Below are positions 1-10,304 of a stretch of DNA of 64,000 nucleotides, one piece after another. A program made the position numbers and the translations under genes. The stretch is from Candidatus Multivoradales bacterium (lineage in GTDB: Bacteria > Acidobacteriota > Thermoanaerobaculia > Multivoradales > JAHEKO01): positions 1,088,001 to 1,152,000 of the forward strand of contig CBDFIJ010000004.1 of NCBI GenBank assembly GCA_965248055.1, given 5' to 3'. The stretch's first letter is position 1. Each line of letters starts with the position of its first letter. The notes under the pieces are model-generated. The model made no database searches. It saw only the letters and a program-made list of their open reading frames with translations, and was not told where the DNA came from.

Positions 1-271
1 GTATCGCCACCTCGATATCGTCCGCTGATTTTCCAGTTTTGTTTGATCCCTCGCCGGCGCCACCTTTCTTTGCCTGAAATCGAGTTTGATGGCGAAATGG
101 GTACAGGGTGTTGAGGTTGTGGTCGCCAACCAAGACCACTGAGCCGCCATGCCCACCGTCACCTCCGGCCGGCCCGCCCTTGGGCACGAACTTCTCGCGC
201 CGAAACGCAACACAACCGTCCCCACCTCGCCCACCGGCGACGTGAATCACGGCCTCATCAATGAAATGCAA
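1..271 (-). CDS. obgE: GTPase ObgE, N-terminal part (runs off window)
   Basis: Manual translation from TTG at 271: HFIDEAVIHVAGGRGGDGCVAFRREKFVPKGGPAGGDGGHGG, the Obg glycine-rich fold; follows rplU-rpmA as usual. Confidence 0.95.
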   Translation of the reverse strand, partial: MHFIDEAVIHVAGGRGGDGCVAFRREKFVPKGGPAGGDGGHGGSVVLVGDHNLNTLYPFRHQTRFQAKKGGAGEGSNKTGKSADDIEVAI

Positions 272-277
272 GTGAAA

Positions 278-535
278 CTAAGAACTCGGAACGATGTTGA
301 CGATGGTGCGGGTGCGGTGTTTTCTGCCGAACTCGACCGTTCCGTCAACCATGGCAAACAACGTGTCATCTTTTCCTCGACCAACGTTGTCGCCCGGGAG
401 AATACGAGTACCGCGTTGTCGCACTAGGATCGTTCCCCCGGTGACCTGCTGACCACCGTAGCGCTTCACGCCCAGGTTTTGTGGATTGGAATCGCGGCCA
501 TTGCGAGTGGATCCCTGACCTTTTTTGTGCGCCAT
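278..535 (-). CDS. rpmA: 50S ribosomal protein L27
   Basis: [29 protein letters not shown] signature. Confidence 0.99.
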   Translation of the reverse strand: MAHKKGQGSTRNGRDSNPQNLGVKRYGGQQVTGGTILVRQRGTRILPGDNVGRGKDDTLFAMVDGTVEFGRKHRTRTIVNIVPSS

Positions 536-547
536 ACCTCTTACCTC

Positions 548-865
548 TTAGGCTGTGATCGAGTCGATCTGGACTCGAAGAAGGTTCTGACGGTGTCCTT
601 GCGTGCGGCGATAACCCTTACGACGCTTTTTCTTGAACACCTTAACTTTGGGTGCGCGCACCCGGTCGACCAAGGTCCCCGCGACCGAAGCACCCTCTAC
701 CACCGGAGTACCGACCGTAGTGGAGTCACCATCGGTGATCATCAAGACGCGGTCAAATTGAACCTTCTCAGTTTTTTTTCCGGTGGTCTGCGTCAGCTCA
801 ATGTCGAGTACATCACCCTTGGTAACGCGATATTGTTTTCCACCGGTTTCAATTACTGCGTACAT
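548..865 (-). CDS. rplU: 50S ribosomal protein L21
   Basis: MYAVIETGGKQYRV...KKKRRKGYRRTQGHRQ. Confidence 0.99.
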   Translation of the reverse strand: MYAVIETGGKQYRVTKGDVLDIELTQTTGKKTEKVQFDRVLMITDGDSTTVGTPVVEGASVAGTLVDRVRAPKVKVFKKKRRKGYRRTQGHRQNLLRVQIDSITA

Positions 866-945
866 AACAAACTTCTCCCAGGCGCAAGAAGCGCAAGAGG
901 CGGAAATTTATCACTCTCCTGAGCGTCGGGTCAATCGCCGGATGG

Positions 946-2325
946 TCAATCTGCGGTACTGGCAAATCGCACTGCATCACCCGGGAAATGAACCGATACC
1001 GTAGCGCCTCGCTCACCTCGGGTATGCCCCCGGTCGCCGTCGTCAATCTGCACTTTCGCACCATGCGCGTCGGCAAAGCGTCGAACAATCGCCAGCCCCA
1101 ATCCGGTGCCACCCCGTCGATTGGAGTAGAAAACCTCGAATACCTTTTCTCGATGGTCCTTCGGAATCCCAGGTCCCTGGTCACTGACCCCCAAAGCAAG
1201 TCCGTCGCCGGAAGGGCGAACCCACAACCGCACTATCGATGGTTCCGTCGTTTCGGACCCAGTGGCAAACTGCGCCGATACCTGCAGCGAGTTGTGCAAC
1301 AGATTGTGAATCACCTGTTTGATCTGCGAAGAATCGACCCAAATCAGGGTTTCACTCCGGCCCTCCTCGACCTCCAAATCGACTCCAGCTTCGACAAAAG
1401 CGCTACTGGCCAGCTCATGGGCCTCTGCCAACAGCTCGCGCACCGATACCCATTCCCGCTCCAAAGGTCGAGGCTTGGCGTAGGCGAGGAAATCAGTCAC
1501 CAGTCGTTCCAAGCGTCGGACTTCCGAGCGAGTAATGTCGAACAACCGGCCCCGGCTGTCTCCCGCACCCTCTTCCAGCATCTGCAGGTTGAGATTGACC
1601 GCGTTGAGGGGGTTGCGGATCTCGTGCGCCAGCCCGGACGCCAACGTGCCCAAATAGGCAAGCCGCTCCGCACTCTGCGCCTGTTCCTCCAGTGCGCGGC
1701 TGCGTCGATAGAGCCAGGTCACCACACCGTAGGCGCCCAGCAAAAGCGCGGTGGTCAAGGCGGCGACCACTCCGGCCAGTCTCAGTAGGTGCTCCCTCAA
1801 TTCCTCTACTCGCTGTGACAGATGCTCGCGACTGAGCCCCACTACCAAGGTGCCCAGGCCGCGAATCGGCACTTCTAGATCTGATTCGGGGAGGAGGACT
1901 TGCAAATCTGCGATGGACCGCTCCTGTGCGCCCAACCTGGAAGAGTCTTCGTCATACCCTTGCGAATAAAGAAGTATTCCTTCAGCAGTGCGGACCATGA
2001 TCGCCTCGATGTCCCTGCGCCGTGCGAGCGACTGCAATTCAGTGACGAAGTCGACTTGATCACTCAGACCGCCGAGATCTTCCAAATCGTCGGCTTGATC
2101 CCCGATCGATTCAGCAACAGCCTCAGCATCTTCCCTGGTTTCCAACAACACCCGCTCAAGTTCTCGCTGCGAAAGACTACGAAATAACAGCCAACCAAAG
2201 AGGCCGAAATCCAGCAACAGCAAGGCGGCAAACACCACCGTCAACAGCCGCGCACGGCGCGCGAATACCTCGGCGGCAATGGATCGATCATGTCCCATTA
2301 AATTCACAGCAAAACAGCGTACCAC
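946..2325 (-). CDS. Membrane sensor histidine kinase (start may be ATG 2298)
   Basis: Two TM segments, H-box LAHEIRNPL, N-box NLLHNS, G boxes DQGPGI and GTGLGLAI. Confidence 0.93.
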   Translation of the reverse strand: MVRCFAVNLMGHDRSIAAEVFARRARLLTVVFAALLLLDFGLFGWLLFRSLSQRELERVLLETREDAEAVAESIGDQADDLEDLGGLSDQVDFVTELQSLARRRDIEAIMVRTAEGILLYSQGYDEDSSRLGAQERSIADLQVLLPESDLEVPIRGLGTLVVGLSREHLSQRVEELREHLLRLAGVVAALTTALLLGAYGVVTWLYRRSRALEEQAQSAERLAYLGTLASGLAHEIRNPLNAVNLNLQMLEEGAGDSRGRLFDITRSEVRRLERLVTDFLAYAKPRPLEREWVSVRELLAEAHELASSAFVEAGVDLEVEEGRSETLIWVDSSQIKQVIHNLLHNSLQVSAQFATGSETTEPSIVRLWVRPSGDGLALGVSDQGPGIPKDHREKVFEVFYSNRRGGTGLGLAIVRRFADAHGAKVQIDDGDRGHTRGERGATVSVHFPGDAVRFASTAD

Positions 2326-2876
2326 CGCGGAACTTGGGCGACGGCGTCATAGTCCTCGGTTGTCCGACCGGAGTGAGAGCGTTGTTGGCGCGGGCCGATC
2401 GGTCGTTCGTTGATGGCCTACGCAAGCGAAAGAATCTTGGTTTTTTGGAGCATCGCCGACGCCCTATCCGCGGTCACATCGGACCGTTGGCCAGCCGAGG
2501 CATTATCAGCCAAGTCAGCCCAACCAAAGTAGTCTACGACGCCGAAACCACGTCCAGCAGTAGCGGTGCCCTGTGCTCAATCTGCAAGGTCAAGTCGTGG
2601 CGATCATTGCTGCAATCATCCCCGCGTTCGTCGGTTCTAACCTCGGCGTCCCACGGCTTCCGCCGCGCTGTTGCTGGACTCAACTCGACTTGCTAGCGCA
2701 CTTACGGATGGCGCCGCGTCCTGACCTGCACAAGACCTAACCCATTAGCTCGGCGGCAAGGTCAAGCTCCGTCGGTGGAGCGACCGATCCACTACCGCCT
2801 TCCCACCGTAGTGCTCATATGGAGTAGCAGTTGGCAAACAATATACAGCGCGTTCGGTCCAGAAGGAGATGTAACT

Positions 2877-3521
2877 ATGCAACGCAAACTCGCAGTCGCG
2901 ATTCTCGCACTCACCTTGGCCCTTGGCGTCGGCATCGCCGTAGCGGGCGATGAGGAGCACCAGGCTCAGCCATTGACCAAGGACATGAAGATGATGATGA
3001 AAAACGGTGCTATGAAAAATATGGATAAGTACATGGGCTCACCGGAAGCAATGATGAGCGTGCTACCCAAGGCCATGATGACCTCTCAGGCCAGCACTGC
3101 AGAGCACGGCAAAGCACTGTTTAATGACACTGCTCTCGGAACCAACGGACAGTCCTGTAACTCTTGTCATCCGGGCGGCGGCACCACTGGCGGAACGGTC
3201 AAGACACCGATGGCCAGCGAGGTAACCGGCAAACCCTATGAACTACCTGTCCCTTCCTTGGTGGGAGCTGCGGCAAGCTTTCCCAAGTTCAAGGTCCCCA
3301 ATGATCGAGTCATCACCGTTCAGGAAATGTCCAACAACTGCATCATGATGTTCATGGCCGCCCAACCTCTTGACGTCAGCAGCTCAGAATCCGTCGCTTT
3401 GGGTTCGTACTTGACCCATCTATCTGAAGGTGAGGCCGTGGAGCCAGGCAAGATGCCCGAACGGATGAAGATGATGATGGAAAATATGGAGAAAATGGAA
3501 AACATGGACGACGCGGGCTAG
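2877..3521 (+). CDS. Exported monoheme cytochrome c, SoxA/TsdA-like domain, Met-rich termini
   Basis: AGGAG RBS before ATG 2877; signal peptide; CNSCH; FPKF...RVITVQEMSNNCIM resembles the Cys-ligand segment of SoxA/TsdA. Confidence 0.75.
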   Translation: MQRKLAVAILALTLALGVGIAVAGDEEHQAQPLTKDMKMMMKNGAMKNMDKYMGSPEAMMSVLPKAMMTSQASTAEHGKALFNDTALGTNGQSCNSCHPGGGTTGGTVKTPMASEVTGKPYELPVPSLVGAAASFPKFKVPNDRVITVQEMSNNCIMMFMAAQPLDVSSSESVALGSYLTHLSEGEAVEPGKMPERMKMMMENMEKMENMDDAG

Positions 3522-3543
3522 CAGCTCTCGATCTGTTCGGTAA

Positions 3544-3577
3544 TCAGGGTGGCCCAGGATTCTGAGCCACCCTGATT
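3544..3577 (+). terminator. Intergenic hairpin
   Basis: ATCAGGGTGGC...GCCACCCTGAT inverted repeat after the stop codon. Confidence 0.5.
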
Positions 3578-3610
3578 CTCATTTAGGCTGGACATTTAGG
3601 AATCCGATTT

Positions 3611-4645
3611 ATGAAATCTCGGTGTGATATCACAGCTACGATAGCGCTTTCGATCGTGGCTATCTTGGGAGGGGGAGTGCCTTCCGAAACGCAAGAACTT
3701 GGCGAAGAATGGCGCGGAACGCCGCAGGAAGCCTTTTTGAAGGGGCCCATTGTCCAGAAGTATCAATGCGTGACCTGCCACACAATCGCAGATCAGGGTG
3801 GCACCGTAGGCCCGATCTTGAACATGGCCGGATTGCGCCGTTCGGCTGATTGGCTTGGCTCCTGGCTCGAAGACCCCAACGTGATAAAGCCAGGAACCAA
3901 GATGCCCAAGTTTCCTTTTACCGACCAAGAACGCAAATTGACGGTTGATTACCTTGCGGCGATGAAACGACCACTTCGCACCACGGAAATCTTGGCTCAA
4001 GATATAAACCAAGTCGAAAAGGGACGCCAACTATTCCAAGATTATGACTGTTTGGCCTGCCATCGTATCGGTGATGAAGGACGATTTGTTGGACCGGATC
4101 TAACTTGGGTTGGCTTACGTAAAAGGGAACCCTGGGAGCGTATATGGCTGACCGATCCACCCGGATTCAAACCTGACACCTTTATGCCTGACTTCCACAT
4201 CCCCCAAGAGGGTGTGGAGAGCTTGGCTGCGTTCCTCCACACTTTGCAAGGGCAGGACAACGAAGCCGGTCGTCAATGGGAGTTCATGTTCAGTTTCATG
4301 GTCAACACTACCGCTGAAGTGCGCGGAGAGATGGTTTGGAAGCGACTCGGATGTTGGGCCTGCCATGGTGAGAACGGCCGCGGGGGTATCCGTAACCCAA
4401 ACAGCGCAGAGGGCCATGAGGTGGTTCCAAATCTGAAGAAAACTCGAGATCAGTACGATCAAGAGGCGTTTCTGGAAAAAATCACGACCGGCACCCAGGT
4501 GTCGGCCACCGACCAGAATGCAGTACCACAGCCATACGCGTGCCCGGCATATCCGGCAGAAGCACTGAATCAATTAGGGCTCGATGATCTCTACGCCTAC
4601 GTGTCAAGTTTCGCCCCGCCTAAGAGCAAATGGAAGATTAACTAG
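3611..4645 (+). CDS. Exported triheme cytochrome c
   Basis: Signal peptide; CVTCH, CLACH, CWACH; PGTKMP and PDTFMP Met-ligand motifs. Confidence 0.9.
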   Translation: MKSRCDITATIALSIVAILGGGVPSETQELGEEWRGTPQEAFLKGPIVQKYQCVTCHTIADQGGTVGPILNMAGLRRSADWLGSWLEDPNVIKPGTKMPKFPFTDQERKLTVDYLAAMKRPLRTTEILAQDINQVEKGRQLFQDYDCLACHRIGDEGRFVGPDLTWVGLRKREPWERIWLTDPPGFKPDTFMPDFHIPQEGVESLAAFLHTLQGQDNEAGRQWEFMFSFMVNTTAEVRGEMVWKRLGCWACHGENGRGGIRNPNSAEGHEVVPNLKKTRDQYDQEAFLEKITTGTQVSATDQNAVPQPYACPAYPAEALNQLGLDDLYAYVSSFAPPKSKWKIN

Positions 4646-4660
4646 AACTGGAGCTTCACG

Positions 4661-5380
4661 ATGAACTATTCACGGTTTCTTTGCCTCGCAACCCTCACTT
4701 TCGGCCTGTTTGCAGGAGCGCTGCAGGCTCAAGGCTATTCCGAGGTGTCGGTTGCCAACGGCGGTGTCGTGGTAGGGCGAGTATTTTTTGGTGCTGACTA
4801 CCCGGAAGCCGAGACCCTCCAACCGGACCGCGACGCCGATACCTGCGGTGTTCGCATTCCTGTCGAGCAGTTCGTAGTCGATGCCGACACTAAGGGACTA
4901 GCAAACGCGGTCATCCGAATCGAGGGGGTAAGTAAGGGGAAACCGTTCGAAGACGCCAAGCCCCGGATCGAACAACTCAAGTGCCGTTATGACCCCCACG
5001 TCCTAGTGGTGCAACCGGGTCAGGAATTCGAAATCGTCAACCAAGACCCTGTTCTCCACAACGTGCATGCCTACAACGGAGACGACACCGCGTTTAATCT
5101 TGCACAGCCGTTTCAAGGCCAGGCCACTTCTCAGATCCTCAACGAAACCGGAACGGTACGAGTCGCCTGCGATGTTCATTCATGGATGCAAGCGTGGGTC
5201 TTGGTGATTGATTCACCTTATTTTGCTGTCACCGACGCTCAAGGCAACTTCTCAATTCCCGATGTACCCCCTGGTAGCTACCAGATCACCATGTGGCACG
5301 AACTACTCGGAATCGCGGAAAAGACCGTAACCGTGACTACCGACGGGTCATCAGACGTTCAGTTCGTCATCACCGGGTAG
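4661..5380 (+). CDS. Exported cupredoxin-like / carboxypeptidase-regulatory-like domain protein
   Basis: Signal peptide (ALQA); HNVH and CDVHSWM copper-site-like motifs; TDAQGNFSIPDVPPGSY. Confidence 0.75.
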   Translation: MNYSRFLCLATLTFGLFAGALQAQGYSEVSVANGGVVVGRVFFGADYPEAETLQPDRDADTCGVRIPVEQFVVDADTKGLANAVIRIEGVSKGKPFEDAKPRIEQLKCRYDPHVLVVQPGQEFEIVNQDPVLHNVHAYNGDDTAFNLAQPFQGQATSQILNETGTVRVACDVHSWMQAWVLVIDSPYFAVTDAQGNFSIPDVPPGSYQITMWHELLGIAEKTVTVTTDGSSDVQFVITG

Positions 5381-5469
5381 CTGTATGACCGCCAACGCTG
5401 CCACGATATCTTCAGCGACTCCAACTCGGTGATGCTCCGGAGCCAAGGAGCGCACTTGAATCTGCGTCA

Positions 5470-6259
5470 TCAGCTATTAGGGCGTGTTAACACTAGATAT
5501 AGCATCACAACGAGTGCGAAGTGTATAAAGAATGTGAAGATTATGTCCAATTTGTCGAAGCGTGAGAATATCCGACGAAACCCCTTCAAGCGACGAAACA
5601 AGCGCTCTACTTCATTGCGCTTCTTGTACATTTCTCGGTCGTATAGCCAAGGTTGTAATCGATTGCTTTTCGGCGGCACAACAGGTATGAGACCAAGATC
5701 GAGCACGAGTTGGCGTGTTTCATTACCTTCATACGCCCGGTCCATGATCATGTACTTGGCCGATAGAGTTGTCTTCCTCAACAGCTTACGACCCTCTGGC
5801 GCGTCAGCAGCATTGCCAGGAGACAGAGAAAAATTCACTGCGGTCCGAGCATCTGCGGCAACCATATGAATCTTTGTAGTCCATCCTCCCCGCGACTTGC
5901 CGATCGCCTGTGGACCGTTTTTTTTAGAGCGCCCGTTCCATCAGGGTGTACCTTAACCGCTGTGCTATCGAGTGAAACCGCCTCAACACGGACCTGAATG
6001 ACTTGCTGGCGTTGCAGTTCACTAAACACTCGTCCAGCACGCCTTTTTTTGCCCAACGGTTCATACGCGTATAGACGGTACGCCAATTACCAAAACGCTT
6101 CGGCAGCCCGCGCCACTTACAGCCATGTTCTGCAACGTAAAGTATCGCGTTGAGCACCTGGAGGTTATCTAACGATACATTGCCACGCTGTCGTGGAAGG
6201 AAAGGCTCGATTCGGGCAAATTGTTCTATTGTTATTTCCATCCACCGAATATACATCAA
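5470..6259 (-). pseudogene. IS5 transposase in three frames (programmed A-run frameshift plus one extra frameshift)
   Basis: LNAILYVAEHGCKWRGLP / LDSTAVKVHPDGTGALKK / GKSRGGWTTKIH...MDRAYE...YKKRNEVERLFRRLK; A8 run at ~5918-5925; second shift near 6030. Confidence 0.85.
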
Positions 6260-6276
6260 CTAGTGTGAACACGCCC
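5480..6276 (-). mobile_element. IS5-family insertion sequence (IS427-like, two-ORF type)
   Basis: 17-bp TIRs GGGCGTGTT(A/C)ACACTAG at 5480-5496 and 6260-6276, both flanked by TA. Confidence 0.9.
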
Positions 6277-6350
6277 TAGTTTGACCACGCGCTCCCGGGA
6301 TCGCTAACATCAACCGCTAGATCTATCACTGATCTCTAGATCGCTAAGCT

Positions 6351-7994
6351 GTGAGCTGTCCCATTAACTTTCCGAAAACACCGTCGTCGGACAGGAACCT
6401 AGCTCACACCACCGCCCTTTACTTGACCATCGTCGGATTGGTGGCATGTCAGCCACCTTGGGATAAGTCCAACACCGCGGTTATCGCTCTGGAGTACGAC
6501 ATTGGTGGGTTCAATGAGTTGGTTTCTGCGGACAACTCGACAACCCAACAGGTCATCGAGCGGTTGTATCTCGACTTGTTCGAGGAAGATCCTGACTCCT
6601 CGCAAAGACCGCCACAGTTCGGCCCACGCCTAGCTTTGTCGCACCAAGCCTCTGACAACGGCAAGGCCGTCACCTTGCACTTGCGCCCTGATGCCGTGTG
6701 GAGCGACGGAACGCCGATCAGCGCCGAGGACGTACGCTGGACCTGGCAGGTACAGACCGATCCTGCTGTGGCGTGGGAATACGCAGATATCAAAGCGGCA
6801 ATCGAAGAGGTCGAAGTGGTCGACCCGCAAACCGTGCGCTTTCATTTCACCCATAGCTACGCCAATCAACTCGCAGACATCAATGAAGGGGTGATCCTTC
6901 CACGGCACGCGTGGTCGCAATTACCTCTCGACCGGTGGCGCGAGGGGGAGGATTGGTTTCGCAAACACCTAGTGGTTAGCGGCCCCTATCAAGTCGAGCA
7001 CTACGCTCCGGGGTCGGAATTGGTGCTGGTCGCCAATGATCGTTACTTCGAAGCCGACCTGCCGACCATCCCACGCCTGTTGTTTCAGGTGGTACCGGAT
7101 TCGACCTCCCGGGTACGCAGTCTGCTGGCTGGCGAGCTCGATTTCATTCCCAAACTACGAGCCCACGAAGCGACACAAATTGAAGCCAGCGACGCCGCCC
7201 AGGTGATCGCCTATCCGCATCGCCAGTACGACTACATCGCCTGGAATCTAAACGACGAATTGTTCCGTTCGACAGCGGTACGTTTGGGGCTGCTGCTCGC
7301 CATCGACCGCCAACAGATCATCGACACGCTACTCTCGGGCTACGCAACAATCGCCAACTCGCCGATCGTCTCGAACGTCTGGGCGCACACCGAACTGGAG
7401 CCTTGGCCGCACGCTCCGCAAGCAGCGGTCAACAGCTTTGCGCAAGCCGGTTGGCAGCAAGACAACGAGGGGATCTTGCGCGACGAAGACGGCCAACCGT
7501 TCGCATTCGAGCTCGCCTTCAATGCCTCCAATACCTTTCGTCGCGATGCTGCGGCAATGATCCAAGAACAACTTCGGGCGATTGGAGCGCAGGTCACTCT
7601 GCGGCCCGAGGAGTTCAATGTGCTCTCAGACAAGTTAGAAAATGGACAACATCAGGCGTACCTGGGCGCCTTCAACATGGACACCACACTCGACCTCACG
7701 GTGATCTTCCACAGCTCCGCGGTTGAAGACGGATACAACTTCTCGCGCTACGCAAACCATGAATTGGATCGCTTAATCGAACGCGTCAAGACCTATCCCA
7801 ACATCCAGGACGCCAAATCGGACCTAGCACGAATTCAAGAAATCCTGCACCATGATCAGCCGATGGCCTTCCTGTGGGAGCCAATGCGGCTCAACGCACA
7901 CTCCAACCGCCTGCAAAATGTGGTGCCCAATCTCATCGACACCTACGCTAACTTGCGGCATTGGTCTTTGGCTTCGACATCCCCGACACCGTAG
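6351..7994 (+). CDS. Peptide ABC transporter substrate-binding lipoprotein (family 5)
   Basis: Lipobox LVAC; LRPDAVWSDGTPISAEDVRWT; SGPY. Confidence 0.93.
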   Translation: MSCPINFPKTPSSDRNLAHTTALYLTIVGLVACQPPWDKSNTAVIALEYDIGGFNELVSADNSTTQQVIERLYLDLFEEDPDSSQRPPQFGPRLALSHQASDNGKAVTLHLRPDAVWSDGTPISAEDVRWTWQVQTDPAVAWEYADIKAAIEEVEVVDPQTVRFHFTHSYANQLADINEGVILPRHAWSQLPLDRWREGEDWFRKHLVVSGPYQVEHYAPGSELVLVANDRYFEADLPTIPRLLFQVVPDSTSRVRSLLAGELDFIPKLRAHEATQIEASDAAQVIAYPHRQYDYIAWNLNDELFRSTAVRLGLLLAIDRQQIIDTLLSGYATIANSPIVSNVWAHTELEPWPHAPQAAVNSFAQAGWQQDNEGILRDEDGQPFAFELAFNASNTFRRDAAAMIQEQLRAIGAQVTLRPEEFNVLSDKLENGQHQAYLGAFNMDTTLDLTVIFHSSAVEDGYNFSRYANHELDRLIERVKTYPNIQDAKSDLARIQEILHHDQPMAFLWEPMRLNAHSNRLQNVVPNLIDTYANLRHWSLASTSPTP

Positions 7995-8012
7995 CGATAG
8001 GCTGGTGGACAG

Positions 8013-9041
8013 ATGATCCGTTTTGTCGGCCAGCGACTCGCGGCGGCTGTGTTGCTTGCTTTCCTGGTTGCCTCTCTCACTTTTCTGGTCTCACGGTTGT
8101 TGCCCGGAAGCCCGGTCGCTAACCACAAAGACCCCCGCATCTCGGCCGGTCAACGAGCCGAACTGGAGCGACTCTATGGGCTTGATCGGCCTCTGGTGGC
8201 TCAGTACGCTTCGTGGGTCTCCGCCACCCTGCAGGGGGATCTAGGCACTTCCTGGAGCCATCGACGCCCGGTGTGGTCGGTACTCCGACAACACTTGCCG
8301 GTAACCCTAGCCCTGGGTGGCTTGGCGCTGTTGGTGCAGTTTGGCGTCGGTACGGCTCTGGGTATTTGGGCCGCCAGTCGTGCTGCCACTGATACTGGCG
8401 CGCGTCCAGGCAGTCGGGTGGACGGCGGCATCCGCGTCGTCTCGCTATTGCTCTACGCGCTTCCGTCCTTTGTCGCTGCTCTACTGGCAATCGAACTGTT
8501 CGCGGTGCGCCTTCCGTGGTTTCCCGCTGGGCAACTGCATAACCCAGGGTGGAGATCTTGGCCAGCAATCGTCCAGATGTGGGACGGCTTGCAACACCTT
8601 TTCTTACCTGCTGCGGTCCTTGGACTCAGTACCTGTGGTGCAGTGATGCGTTTCACCCGCAACGGGTTGTTGCATGAGTTCTCCGCCGGATACGTGCAAA
8701 CCGCACGTGCCGCTGGTCTACCGGAATCGCGTATCCGTCGAGTACATGCCTTGCGCAACGCTGCCGGCCCGTTAGTTCAACTACTGGGTGCGTCCTTGCC
8801 GATCTTGATTTCCGGGTCGGTAGTGATCGAAGTGATCTTTTCCCTGCCCGGCCTCGGTCGAGTCGCATATGACGCGGTGCGCACGCTGGACTACCCGCTG
8901 ACCGTCGGCGCGGTGATTCTCACCACCACCATTGTGGTGTTGGGCAACCTAGTTGCCGATCTGGTGCATGCCTGGCTCGACCCGCGCGCCCGCACTCCAC
9001 GGGCTCCTTCATCGGCGGCTTCCTCGTCGGAGACCGCATAG
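8013..9041 (+). CDS. Peptide ABC transporter permease (DppB/OppB-like)
   Basis: YGLDRPLVAQY, GDLGTS, YVQTARAAG loop, DLVHAWLDPR. Confidence 0.93.
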   Translation: MIRFVGQRLAAAVLLAFLVASLTFLVSRLLPGSPVANHKDPRISAGQRAELERLYGLDRPLVAQYASWVSATLQGDLGTSWSHRRPVWSVLRQHLPVTLALGGLALLVQFGVGTALGIWAASRAATDTGARPGSRVDGGIRVVSLLLYALPSFVAALLAIELFAVRLPWFPAGQLHNPGWRSWPAIVQMWDGLQHLFLPAAVLGLSTCGAVMRFTRNGLLHEFSAGYVQTARAAGLPESRIRRVHALRNAAGPLVQLLGASLPILISGSVVIEVIFSLPGLGRVAYDAVRTLDYPLTVGAVILTTTIVVLGNLVADLVHAWLDPRARTPRAPSSAASSSETA

Positions 9042-9044
9042 CTG

Positions 9045-9890
9045 ATGCGTTGGTCCGCAGGCATTCTGGTACTGGTGATCCTCGCTGCGATACTAGCGCC
9101 GGTACTCGCGCCAACCGACCCGCTGCGCCAGTTTGACCCCGCACGGTTGGCCCACAGCCCGCCGACAGTTGAAATCTCAGCGCAGGTCGATGCTCCAACG
9201 CGCTTTCTGTTGGGCTCGGATTCGTTGGGTCGCGATGTTTTGTCACGCCTCCTCTATGGTGCGCGCACTTCGCTAACCGTCGCCGTCTTGACCTTGTTGC
9301 TGGCCCTCACCCTGGGATTGGCCGTGGGATCGGTGGCCGGCCTTGCCGGTGGTTGGGTGGATCGAATCTTGATGCGAGGCGTGGATGCCGTGACCGCCTT
9401 TCCGCGTTTGTTCTTGGTTCTATTGGTCGCCGTGGTCACTCCACCCAACCCTTGGCTGGTAATCTTAGTTCTCGGCACCACCGGCTGGATGTTCGCCGCT
9501 CGTTTGGTTCGCGCCGAAGTTCTCAAACTGCGCAGTCGTGAGTACGTGGACGCCGCCCGCGCCATCGGTGTCAGCCCTTGGCGCCTTTGGAGCCGCCACA
9601 TCCTGCCTGGCGTCGTCGCCACCTTGGGCATCGACGCCTCGCTACGCATCGGCGAAATCATCCTTTTGGAATCGACCCTGTCGTACCTGGGGCTAGGCGT
9701 GCCACCGCCGACCCCCAGTTGGGGGGCGATGATCGCCGACGCCGCACCCCACCTGCACACCGCTTGGTGGCCCTTGGTCTTCCCCGCTCTAGCGATCGCC
9801 CTCACGGTGGCTGCTCTGAGTTTCCTCGGCGATGGGCTGGAAGAGCAGTTTGATCCCCGCCGCCGGAGAGCAATCACCGAGTCCGGATAG
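9045..9890 (+). CDS. Peptide ABC transporter permease (DppC/OppC-like)
   Basis: LGSDSLGRDVLSRLLYGAR, EYVDAARAIG, LSYLGLG, PSWGAMI. Confidence 0.93.
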   Translation: MRWSAGILVLVILAAILAPVLAPTDPLRQFDPARLAHSPPTVEISAQVDAPTRFLLGSDSLGRDVLSRLLYGARTSLTVAVLTLLLALTLGLAVGSVAGLAGGWVDRILMRGVDAVTAFPRLFLVLLVAVVTPPNPWLVILVLGTTGWMFAARLVRAEVLKLRSREYVDAARAIGVSPWRLWSRHILPGVVATLGIDASLRIGEIILLESTLSYLGLGVPPPTPSWGAMIADAAPHLHTAWWPLVFPALAIALTVAALSFLGDGLEEQFDPRRRRAITESG

Positions 9891-10243
9891 ATCACGGCCC
9901 CCTTCCGATACCCGCCGGGATGACAAGAGAGATAGGTTTGTCCGCAGGGAGCGGTTCCCTTACCGCACCATGCCCCACAAGGGGCTCCCCTACAAACACG
10001 CGCCCCATCAAGTCGATTTTTCTTAGCGAAGGGTGGGGTTCATCCCTTCCTGACCCCTTTTTTTTCTTTCACAACCTACCCGGCCAGCTACCGGCGGCGT
10101 GTGGCGTCAACTCCAATATGTCCGACATAGTTGCGCTTTGAAGCGCAGCGAAGCTGAGGCGAGCGATCACCTCGTAGAGTCCGAGAGGCGCGAGCCGACC
10201 CAGGACGGCGGGGCACCAACCTCTTGCCCCCTCCCCGCTTCCT

Positions 10244-10287
10244 TGTCATCCTGAGCGAAGCCGCGAAGACGCGCAGTCGAAGGATCT
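10244..10287 (+). repeat. Short extragenic palindromic element (TGTCATCCTGAGCGAAG...CGAAGGATCT type)
   Basis: ATCCT...AGGAT arms; resembles a widespread REP-like repeat class; single copy in this window. Confidence 0.45.
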
Positions 10288-10304
10288 CAAAGTCCCAATC
10301 CACC

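Noticed and set aside
2334-2696. 120-aa ORF or ncRNA between the kinase and the cytochrome genes
   Set aside because: No recognisable motif, RBS or RNA family structure; left unannotated.
6351-9890. Missing ATPase genes in the peptide ABC operon as a novelty
   Set aside because: DppD/F genes are often encoded elsewhere; cannot be judged from this window.
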